From: an uncultured Chloroflexia bacterium | GTDB lineage: Bacteria; Chloroflexota; Ktedonobacteria; Ktedonobacterales; JADMIN01 | NCBI GenBank assembly: GCA_963718915.1 | Contig: CAVRAI010000004.1 | Location: forward strand, 810,001 to 842,000 | DNA: 32,000 nucleotides | Direction: 5' to 3' | Made by a program: the position numbers and the translations under genes | Shown here: in pieces, positions 17,762 through 24,743 of the stretch | Layout of the letters: each line of letters opens with the position of its first letter | How positions within the stretch are numbered: position 1 is the first letter of the stretch | Notes under the pieces: model-generated | The model's database searches: none | Seen by the model: the letters and a program-made list of their open reading frames with translations, nothing else | What the model was told of the DNA's origin: nothing

Positions 17762-18133
17762 CTAGGCCGTGGCCTTCTGGGCCAGTCCGGTGCGCGCCGC
17801 CTCGACGATCGCGCCAAACCCCTTGAGGTCGCTGACGGCCATGTCGGCCATAATCTTGCGGTCAACGGCGACGTTGGCGAGCTTCAGGCCGTGAATCAGG
17901 TCACGATAGCTCATGCCATACAGCTTCGCGCCCGCGTTGATGCGCGTAATCCAGAGCGCACGCATGTCGCGCTTGCGATTGCGCCGGTCGCGGTAGGCGT
18001 ATTGCAGCGAGTGGAACATCGACTCGCGCGCCGTTTTGATCAGGCGATGCCGCGCGCCCCAGTGGCCCTCGGTACGCTGCAGAACCTTCTTATGCTTCTT
18101 GCGGGACGTCACGCCCCGCTTCACTCGTGGCAT
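17762..18133 (-). CDS. rplT: 50S ribosomal protein L20
   Basis: MPRVKRGVTSRKKHKKVL...AYRDRRNRKRDMRALWITRINA. The ATG at 18133 follows GGTGGAGAG. Confidence 0.95.
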   Translation of the reverse strand: MPRVKRGVTSRKKHKKVLQRTEGHWGARHRLIKTARESMFHSLQYAYRDRRNRKRDMRALWITRINAGAKLYGMSYRDLIHGLKLANVAVDRKIMADMAVSDLKGFGAIVEAARTGLAQKATA

Positions 18134-18199
18134 TGTTTCTCTCCACCTCGGCGCCCGGCGAACAACCGGACCGCACACCGCCTGCCAGATGTAGCGTTA

Positions 18200-18403
18200 T
18201 TAGCTATAGGGCAGCAATCGTGTCATCTTGCGCGTATCGCCCTTCGAGAGCACCGTTGGCTGGCTCAGCGAGCGATTGCGCGTCGGATCCTTCTTGCGGC
18301 GGTATTTGGTGCGTGCGCTTTTAAGGTGCATGAACTTGCCGCCCCCGGTCATGCGGACGCGCTTGGCGGTGGCCTTATGCGTCTTCAGCTTGTATTTCTT
18401 CAT
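18200..18403 (-). CDS. rpmI: 50S ribosomal protein L35
   Basis: MKKYKLKTHKATAKRVRMTGGGKFMHLKSARTKYRRKK, 67 aa. RBS GGAGTG. Confidence 0.95.
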   Translation of the reverse strand: MKKYKLKTHKATAKRVRMTGGGKFMHLKSARTKYRRKKDPTRNRSLSQPTVLSKGDTRKMTRLLPYS

Positions 18404-18495
18404 GTGTTTTCACTCCGGCCCTGTATGCAGGGTAACTCCTGGCGACTGGGCCGGTACACTCCACACATCTCCGCCCGAACGCCGCGCACCGAACT

Positions 18496-18525
18496 AGTAT
18501 AACATAGCGTGTTTCCCGCGCGCAA
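18496..18525 (-). promoter_or_regulatory. candidate promoter of rpmI-rplT
   Basis: The minus strand reads TTGCGC (18525-20), an 18-nt spacer, then TGtTATACT (-10 at 18501-18496, extended TG). It lies about 90 nt upstream of the rpmI ATG. Confidence 0.4.
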
Positions 18526-18556
18526 GGCGTTTCCCACAATTCGCGCCGAATGGACG

Positions 18557-19285
18557 CTATCGGCGGCGGAGCGCCAGCAGCGCCAGCATGGTCGCCAACT
18601 GCGCCAGGCTGACCGGCCAGACGACAATCCCAAAGATGGCGTCTCGCGCTGGGCCAGCGATGGGAGCAAACGCCGCCATCAGCATCGCCATCTGTGTCAT
18701 CCCCGTCATGCGACTCCACCAGGGGCCGCCTCCGACCGGCAATTTCCCCGCTTGGAGGGCGAGCAGCGGATGGATGTAGCGCACCACTGGCGGCAGCAGG
18801 CAGATCCAGGGAAGACCACCCAGCAGGATAGCCGCCACTGCGCTCCAGAGGGTCAGCCAGGAGTCGGATTCGATGTCGAGCGAACTGCCGAAGCGGGTCG
18901 GCCCCTCGCGCCGACCGAGCGGGCCGTCCAGCCAGTCACTTACCGTCGCGGTCAAGAACACCAGCGCCCAAATGAGCATGGCAGCCGCCTGCATGCGGTC
19001 GCGCGCGCCAGAGAGCACGAAGGCCGCCAGCGCGCAGCCTGTCACGAGACGGCTCAGGGTCAGCACGGTGGCCCACCGATTCGGCTCCGGGCCAATCCGC
19101 CGCTGTAATGCCGCCAGCGCCAGGGAGGCCAGCAGGCAGGCGATCGCCAGATACCCCGCGAAGCGCAGCCCCATCTGTGCGCCAAGGCTGTGTATCGTCA
19201 GGATGCCAAGCGGCGCGCCGATAACCACGGCCAGCAGCCAGGTGGCCTGTATGGCAGTTAAGCGGATGCCGGGTCGCTGCTTCAT
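18557..19285 (-). CDS. CDP-alcohol phosphatidyltransferase-family membrane protein
   Basis: Multi-pass hydrophobic protein with DWLDGPLGRREGPTRFGSSLDIESD, matching DxxDGxxxR..G...D...D. The ATG at 19285 follows GGGAGGAG. Confidence 0.7.
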   Translation of the reverse strand: MKQRPGIRLTAIQATWLLAVVIGAPLGILTIHSLGAQMGLRFAGYLAIACLLASLALAALQRRIGPEPNRWATVLTLSRLVTGCALAAFVLSGARDRMQAAAMLIWALVFLTATVSDWLDGPLGRREGPTRFGSSLDIESDSWLTLWSAVAAILLGGLPWICLLPPVVRYIHPLLALQAGKLPVGGGPWWSRMTGMTQMAMLMAAFAPIAGPARDAIFGIVVWPVSLAQLATMLALLALRRR

Positions 19286-19372
19286 AGACGTGCTCCTCCC
19301 TACCCAGGTGTCCACGTACGAGCGTTTATTCTAGCAGGCGCGCGCGATGAGGGGTAGCCATCTCTGACAGTC

Positions 19373-19387
19373 GCGGCGTGCTATACT
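19373..19387 (+). promoter_or_regulatory. candidate extended -10 promoter for the aldehyde dehydrogenase gene
   Basis: gcggcgTGcTATACTg. The identical 16-mer occurs at 10-25 upstream of the amidohydrolase gene. No clear -35. Confidence 0.35.
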
Positions 19388-19488
19388 GTCGGTATGTGCC
19401 CGCGCGCATGTCGTATCTCAACAGCCGCGGGCGCTTTGGCGTGCAGTGGGAGACGAGCAGACAGGGCCACAACGGAGGGGCAAAGACG

Positions 19489-20991
19489 ATGACGACGACG
19501 ACATCAGCCAGAGATACAGACACCACAGGCGCGGAGCAGCCACGAACGTATCAGAACTACATTGGCGGTGAGTGGCGGGCGACCGCTTCGGGCATGCTGT
19601 TCGACAACACCAATCCCGCCCACACCAGCGAGATCGTCGGGCGGTTTCAGCGCTCGTCCACGGCGGATATCGCCGATGCCATCGCCGCCGCCGAAGAGGC
19701 GCTGCCCGCCTGGCGCAAGATGCCCGCGCCCCAGCGTGGCGAGATCATCCTGCGGGCGGCGTTGCTGCTGGAGCAGCGGCGTGACGAGCTGGCGCGCCAG
19801 ATGACGCGCGAGATGGGCAAGCCGTTCAACGAGACGCAGGGCGACGTGCAGACGGCGATTGATGTCGGCAAGTTCATCGCGGGCGAAGGACGCCGCGCCG
19901 AGGGGTACGTTGTGCCGTCGGCCATCCCCGACAAGATGAACATGACCATCCGCCAGCCGCTGGGCGTCGTCGGCATTATCACGCCGTGGAACTTCCCGAT
20001 GGCGATCCCCGCCTGGAAGACCTTCCCCGCGCTGCTGGCGGGCAACACGGTCGTCCTCAAACCTGCCAGCGATACGCCACTCTCCGCCGCCAATCTGGTC
20101 GAGATCCTGATCGAGGCGGGGCTGCCAGCGGGCGTGCTCAACTATGTGACGGGGCCGGGCGGCTCGCTGGGCGACACGCTCGTTACCGATCCGCGTGTGG
20201 CGATGATCTCGCTCACCGGCTCGACCGAGGTGGGCAAACACGTCGCCGAGCTGTGCGGTCGCGATCTGCGCCGGGTGAGCCTGGAGCTAGGCGGCAAGAA
20301 CGCGGTCATCGTGATGGACGACGCCAAACTGGATGAGGCGGTCGCCGCTGTGGCGTGGGCGGGCTTCGGCACGACAGGCCAGCGCTGCACCGCGACCAGC
20401 CGCGTCATCGTGCATCAGGCGGTGGCGGAGGAATTCGCGGCAAAGCTGGTGGCCGCCGCCGAGAAGTTGACGGTGGGCGATGGGCTGCTGCCGGAGACGA
20501 CGATGGGGCCGCTGGTCAATCGCGGACGGGTCGGCGCGGTGCATGAATACACGGAGATTGGCAAGGCTGAGGGCGCGACGCTGCTCACGGGCGGGCAGCC
20601 ACTGAGCGAGGGCGCGTTGGCCGAGGGCGCCTTCTATGCGCCAACGGTCTTCACCAACGCGACCAACGATATGCGCATCTCGCAGGAGGAGGTCTTCGGG
20701 CCGTTCGTCTCGATTGTGCCGGTCGCGAACTACGATGAGGCGATTGTAGCCGCCAACTCGACGATGTATGGCCTCTCCTGCGCCATCTTCTCGGAGAACT
20801 CGCGGACGGTCTTCCGCGCGATGCGTGATATCAACGCCGGACTGGTCTATATCAACGCGGGGACGACTGGCGCGGAGCCACACATGCCCTTCGGCGGGAC
20901 GAAGCAGAGCGGCAACGGACACCGCGAGCTGGGCTGGAAGGCGGTCGAGGAGTTCAGCGAGACCAAGACGGTGTTTGTCTCGTATCCGTAG
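19489..20991 (+). CDS. NAD(P)-dependent aldehyde dehydrogenase
   Basis: [28 protein letters not shown], catalytic LELGGKN and GQRCTA motifs. The ATG at 19489 follows GGAGGGG. Confidence 0.9.
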   Translation: MTTTTSARDTDTTGAEQPRTYQNYIGGEWRATASGMLFDNTNPAHTSEIVGRFQRSSTADIADAIAAAEEALPAWRKMPAPQRGEIILRAALLLEQRRDELARQMTREMGKPFNETQGDVQTAIDVGKFIAGEGRRAEGYVVPSAIPDKMNMTIRQPLGVVGIITPWNFPMAIPAWKTFPALLAGNTVVLKPASDTPLSAANLVEILIEAGLPAGVLNYVTGPGGSLGDTLVTDPRVAMISLTGSTEVGKHVAELCGRDLRRVSLELGGKNAVIVMDDAKLDEAVAAVAWAGFGTTGQRCTATSRVIVHQAVAEEFAAKLVAAAEKLTVGDGLLPETTMGPLVNRGRVGAVHEYTEIGKAEGATLLTGGQPLSEGALAEGAFYAPTVFTNATNDMRISQEEVFGPFVSIVPVANYDEAIVAANSTMYGLSCAIFSENSRTVFRAMRDINAGLVYINAGTTGAEPHMPFGGTKQSGNGHRELGWKAVEEFSETKTVFVSYP

Positions 20992-21036
20992 ACCTCACCC
21001 CCTACCCCCCTCTCCCACAGGAGAGGGGGGACCAGA
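20990..21036 (-). repeat. family-1 hairpin repeat (reverse orientation)
   Basis: gacctcaccccctaCCCCCCTCTCCcacaGGAGAGGGGGGaccagag, starting in the stop codon of the aldehyde dehydrogenase gene. Confidence 0.85.
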
Positions 21037-21048
21037 GATGATTCCGCA

Positions 21049-21074
21049 ACATTCGCCGTATCGTTGACGCTGTG
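21049..21074 (+). repeat. family-2 hairpin module, degenerate solo copy
   Basis: cattcg-CCGTAtCG-ttga-CGCTgtGG. Confidence 0.5.
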
Positions 21075-21100
21075 GCAAGTGTTAGATGAGGGCGAACGTG

Positions 21101-21166
21101 CGCCGGAGCCTGAAGGCCACGGCGAATTTCCCCACTTGGCTGTTGCCCTCGCCCATTCGCCGTAGC
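21101..21166 (+). repeat. family-2 bipartite repeat, copy D (right arm truncated)
   Basis: gCCGGagcctgaaggccACGGc (21101-22), a spacer, then cattcg-CCGTAGCG (21153-66), then unrelated sequence. Confidence 0.7.
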
Positions 21167-21221
21167 GTTATGTACTTTCACTTTTTCTTCCGAACACCCT
21201 ACGTCGTGCTAGGCGAGGTAG

Positions 21222-21301
21222 ACCGTAGCATACATGCATAAATGCTACGACAAATTTCCCGCATCCCAGGCCCATTCGCCGTAGCGTTCACGCTACGGCC
21301 T
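21222..21301 (+). repeat. family-2 repeat, copy E with variant left hairpin
   Basis: CGTAGCAT-acatgcataa-ATGCTACG (21223-48) replaces module 1. It is followed by the conserved aatttccc spacer and cattcg-CCGTAGCG-ttca-CGCTACGG-cct (21273-301). Confidence 0.75.
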
Positions 21302-21351
21302 GCTCACCCCACCACAAAGCTCGGGTCCGTCGCAAATCCTATAACTACATT

Positions 21352-21374
21352 ACGCTACGGGCTGCCTCGCCCGC
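21352..21374 (+). repeat. family-2 right-arm/3'-flank fragment
   Basis: CGCTACGGgctgcctcgcccgcc matches the right arm plus 3' flank of copies A and C. Confidence 0.5.
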
Positions 21375-21408
21375 CACAACACGCTGCAGCCAGCTTCCCC
21401 ATGCGCTG

Positions 21409-22200
21409 CTATTTCTTCTGGAAGCGGGCTGTCTGCGCGCCGACACGCATGCCGCGCCGGAACCAGCGGTAGCGCGCCTGTACGTCGGCGAGGTTGCTGA
21501 AAGCGTCGGTGGCGGTGTCGCGTGGGTTGGCGGCCACCTCTTTCGCGCTCGCCCGCATCGTCTGCGCGAAGGTTGCCGCGGATTTGCGCGCGTCGCTCAC
21601 GGAGGTGCGGACACTGGCGCGCGCGGCTTTGGCGGCTTTGGCGGCCCGGCGGCGTCCGCGGCGGATCGACCGGGAGACGGTCCAGGCGGCGAGGCCGACG
21701 ATCAGCGCGGCCAGCGCGACCCCTGGCAGCCAGGAGAGGCGTCCGCCCTCGGTGGGTGGCGCGGATACTGAGGATGTGACGGTGGGTGAAGTGGGTGAAG
21801 TGGGTGAGGTGGCGCGCGTGCGCTGGCGTTCGCGCGTGCGCTGGCTCATCTCGGGTGGCGCCGGGTGTGTGGCCGAGCGCGTATAGGCGTGCTGCGATTC
21901 GTCGAGCACCTCGGCGATCTGATTTTCATCGTGTATCGTCTCTGACATGACGCCAGGTTGCGCGGGGTTAGTAGGTGAGACCGAACCCTCCATAGTGGTT
22001 GCCTCCTGTTCTGCCTGGGCTGGACTATCCGCCCTGGCGTGATTCGTCGCACTTTCCAGGCCAGATAACGCGCCCACGAGGGCAACTTGCACGCTCTCAT
22101 CGGCCTCCGTCCCGCTCACGGTTTCGGGGGCGACGCCGGGAGTATGGGCCGGGGTAATAATAGGCACGATGCGCGCCGGGAATGCGTCATCCGTCGCCAT
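21409..22200 (-). CDS. hypothetical single-pass membrane protein (low-complexity N-terminus, basic A/K/R-rich C-terminus)
   Basis: ATG preceded by GGGGAGAGG. TM segment WLPGVALAALIVGLAAWTV. A TSPTSPTSPT stretch is encoded by a 9-nt triple repeat (21782-21808). No family recognised. Confidence 0.6.
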   Translation of the reverse strand: MATDDAFPARIVPIITPAHTPGVAPETVSGTEADESVQVALVGALSGLESATNHARADSPAQAEQEATTMEGSVSPTNPAQPGVMSETIHDENQIAEVLDESQHAYTRSATHPAPPEMSQRTRERQRTRATSPTSPTSPTVTSSVSAPPTEGGRLSWLPGVALAALIVGLAAWTVSRSIRRGRRRAAKAAKAARASVRTSVSDARKSAATFAQTMRASAKEVAANPRDTATDAFSNLADVQARYRWFRRGMRVGAQTARFQKK

Positions 22201-22307
22201 ACGCCTCTCCCCTCATCTCCGCGCACTCATCGCTCTGCGTCTTGATAGCCCTCATTCCAGAACGTTTGAGCAGGGGCGCTGGCGACACGCTGATGCGTTG
22301 CGGATGT

Positions 22308-22329
22308 TATGCATGGCGTATGCATGGCG
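22308..22329. repeat. perfect 11-bp tandem duplication, each unit containing the palindrome ATGCAT
   Basis: tatgcatggcg tatgcatggcg, between the epimerase stop (22336) and the start of the hypothetical gene (22200). Confidence 0.85.
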
Positions 22330-22335
22330 GGGGCG

Positions 22336-23436
22336 CTACTCCATCGACTCACCCGTGCGGACGCCGTGGCCGGGCTGGGCGGGATCGAGCGCGAGTGTCA
22401 TGCCGGACTGCGCGTAGCCGCCGGTGAAGGGGTCGTTGGCGAGCAGCATCGCGGTATCGAGATCGACATAGCGGAAGCCGCCGAGGCCCGCGATGAAGTG
22501 GGCAGACGTCGCGATGCCCAGCCGCGACTCGATCATCGCGCCGATCATCAGATCGATGTTGGCGGCGCGACAGACCGCCGCGATGGCGAGCGCCTCGACG
22601 ATGCCCGCCTTCATCAGCTTGATATTGACGACGTTGGCCGCGCCCATCCGCGCGATACGCAGCGCGTCGGCGGCCGTCTGCACGCTCTCGTCGGCGGCGA
22701 CCGGAATGCCCGCGCGCTCAGTGACGAAGCGCAACCCTTCGAGGTCGTGGCGGTGGACGGGCTGCTCGAAGAGAATCGGCTCGACATCTTCTTCTTTCAG
22801 CGCGCGTAATAGCTCTAGCGCCTCGGTGGGGGTATAGCCCTGGTTGCCATCGAGAATCAGGTCGCAGTCGGGTGCGGCCTCGACCAGGGCCAGCACGCGG
22901 TCGGCGTCGTCATCCACATTCGCGCCGACCTTGAGCTTGAGCGTCGCCGCCCCCTGGCGCGCGTGCAGCCGGGCCAACTCAGCTACACGGGCGGGCGCGA
23001 CGATGGGGATGCTGACGTCGGTCTCGACCTGCGACTGGACGCCGCCGAAAAACTGGAAGAGCGGGATGCCCCACGAGCGGGTCAGCGCGTCCAACACGGC
23101 GGCCTCCACGCCCGCGCGCGCCGTTGTCTGGTGCTCGAAGCTGGCCAGTAGCTGCTCCGACAGCGGACGCCACGAGGCGGCTTCGTGGCCCTCCACCAGG
23201 GGGGCCATGCCACGGAGCGCTGCCAGCGCGGTCTCCTGCGTCTCGCCGCCGCTTGGGGGGAAGGGCGCGGATTCTCCCAGGCCCACCGTGCCATCGGCCA
23301 GGGTGATGCGCACCAGCACATTGCGGGCGGTCTCGACACGGCCCGTCGCGATGACAAACGGCTCGTGGAGGGCGATATTCAGCGGTTCGGCGTCCAGGCG
23401 GACGATGGTGGTTGGGGTGCGCGCGGGGCGGGCCAT
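22336..23436 (-). CDS. dipeptide epimerase (L-Ala-D/L-Glu epimerase type), enolase superfamily
   Basis: LKLKVG, ILDGNQGY, FEQPV, AADES and NIKLMKAG metal/catalytic motifs of the MR/MLE subgroup. RBS GAGG. Confidence 0.85.
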   Translation of the reverse strand: MARPARTPTTIVRLDAEPLNIALHEPFVIATGRVETARNVLVRITLADGTVGLGESAPFPPSGGETQETALAALRGMAPLVEGHEAASWRPLSEQLLASFEHQTTARAGVEAAVLDALTRSWGIPLFQFFGGVQSQVETDVSIPIVAPARVAELARLHARQGAATLKLKVGANVDDDADRVLALVEAAPDCDLILDGNQGYTPTEALELLRALKEEDVEPILFEQPVHRHDLEGLRFVTERAGIPVAADESVQTAADALRIARMGAANVVNIKLMKAGIVEALAIAAVCRAANIDLMIGAMIESRLGIATSAHFIAGLGGFRYVDLDTAMLLANDPFTGGYAQSGMTLALDPAQPGHGVRTGESME

Positions 23437-23536
23437 ACGTTAACCTCGTGTGAGAAAGGCTATCCCTGACAGGATGGCGGTACGATGGGCATCTACCATA
23501 CAGTATAGTGTGCCACAACTTTGCCGCTTTCGGCAT

Positions 23537-23586
23537 CCCCAGTCTGCCCTCTCCCCTCAAAGGGAGGGGGAATCAGAGCCGGAGCC
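23537..23586 (-). repeat. family-1 hairpin repeat (reverse orientation)
   Basis: ctgCCCTCTCCCCTcaaAGGGAGGGGGaatcagagccggagcc, downstream of the HD gene stop and upstream of the epimerase gene. Confidence 0.75.
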
Positions 23587-23632
23587 AAACGTGCCCAAGG
23601 CGAATGCGCGCGGGGTGATTCTGGCATCCCCG

Positions 23633-24283
23633 CTAGCGCGTCCCGTCCCATTCGGCGTAGAACTCGTCGAGGAACGCCTCCATCACCCGCTGGCGCTGCT
23701 CGGCCAGTTGCCGGGCGTAGTTGGTGTTCATGCGGCCTTTGAGCAGCAGCAGCTTCTCGTAGAAGTGGTTGATGGTGGGCGTGAGATGGCTGCGATACTC
23801 CTCGGCGGTCATTGACTCGCGCGGGGCGACCTCTGGATCGTAGAGCACGCGCCCATGCGCGCCACCATAGGCGAAGGCGCGAGCGATGCCGATGGCCCCG
23901 ATGGCGTCGAGGCGGTCGGCGTCCTGCACGACACGGCCCTCCAGTGTCCGTGGCGTGGGCTTCGAGCCCCCCGCGAACGAGATGGCGCCGATGATCTCCA
24001 GTACGTGTTCGCGCTCGTCGGTGGGGACATCGTGCGCGGTGAGCCAGTCGCGGACGCGGGCGAGCCCGCTTTCCCAGTCGCCCGCGATCTTGGGGTCGGC
24101 GATGTCATGGAGCAGGGCGGCCAACTCGCAGATGAAAGGGTCGGCCTGCTCGGCCTCGGCGATGGTCCGCGCCAGCGCCCGCACCCGCGCGATATGCCAC
24201 CAGTCGTGGCCGCTGCTCTCGCCAGTCAGCACGGCCCGCGCGAACGCCTCTGCCTCGGCGACGATTTCCTCCCGGTCCGTCAT
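23633..24283 (-). CDS. HD-domain phosphohydrolase (YpgQ/YedJ-like)
   Basis: GHDWWHIARV...AALLHDIADPK...VQDADRLDAIGAIGIARAF. The likely start is the ATG at 24283 (MTDREEI). The longer track ORF translates a family-1 repeat. Confidence 0.85.
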   Translation of the reverse strand: MTDREEIVAEAEAFARAVLTGESSGHDWWHIARVRALARTIAEAEQADPFICELAALLHDIADPKIAGDWESGLARVRDWLTAHDVPTDEREHVLEIIGAISFAGGSKPTPRTLEGRVVQDADRLDAIGAIGIARAFAYGGAHGRVLYDPEVAPRESMTAEEYRSHLTPTINHFYEKLLLLKGRMNTNYARQLAEQRQRVMEAFLDEFYAEWDGTR

Positions 24284-24341
24284 GCATTGCTCGCTTTCTG
24301 GCTGTGTGATGGTGTGTGGTGGTGGTTTTATTGTAACGCGC

Positions 24342-24400
24342 GACCCTCTCCCCCTAGCCCCCTCACCTAAAAAGGGAGGGGGACCAGAACCAGAACCAGG
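24342..24400 (-). repeat. family-1 hairpin repeat (reverse orientation)
   Basis: gaccctctccccctagCCCCCTCACCTaaaaAGGGAGGGGGaccagaaccagaaccagg. Confidence 0.8.
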
Positions 24401-24423
24401 CGCAAGCTGATTTGCGCTCGCTG

Positions 24424-24461
24424 GGCGGCCAGTTGTGCCCATGGCGGCCAGTTGTGGCCAT
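24424..24461. repeat. 19-bp tandem duplication
   Basis: ggcggccagttgtgCccat ggcggccagttgtgGccat (1 mismatch), in the divergent HD/TIR intergenic region. Confidence 0.85.
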
Positions 24462-24578
24462 CAACTGAGATTGGGCATAACTGGTGTAAGGGGCAATACT
24501 CGGAATTATCCCTACACGTCCGGCCGTGGCCTGGCGCTGAGCTGGCTCACTTGCGACTTTTAGTGGTTGGCGCGTCTG

Positions 24579-24623
24579 CCTCTGGTTCCCCTCTCTTTTA
24601 GAGGAGGGCCGGGGGAGAGTGCC
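24579..24623 (+). repeat. family-1 hairpin repeat (forward orientation)
   Basis: cctctggttCCCCTCTCttttaGAGGAGGGccgggggagagtgcc. Confidence 0.75.
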
Positions 24624-24628
24624 ACCCC

Positions 24629-24658
24629 TGGTCATCTGGCACGCCCGCATGCTAGAAT
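24629..24658 (+). promoter_or_regulatory. candidate promoter of the TIR-TPR gene
   Basis: TGGTCA (24629-34), an 18-nt spacer, then TGcTAGAAT (-10 at 24653-58, extended TG). It lies about 85 nt upstream of ATG 24744. Confidence 0.45.
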
Positions 24659-24743
24659 GGGCGTAACACGGCGCGTCTGGTTGCCGTGCGCGGCACGCCC
24701 AGGTCTCCCAACACAGCCTGCACTGAGCAAAGGAGCGACCCAG

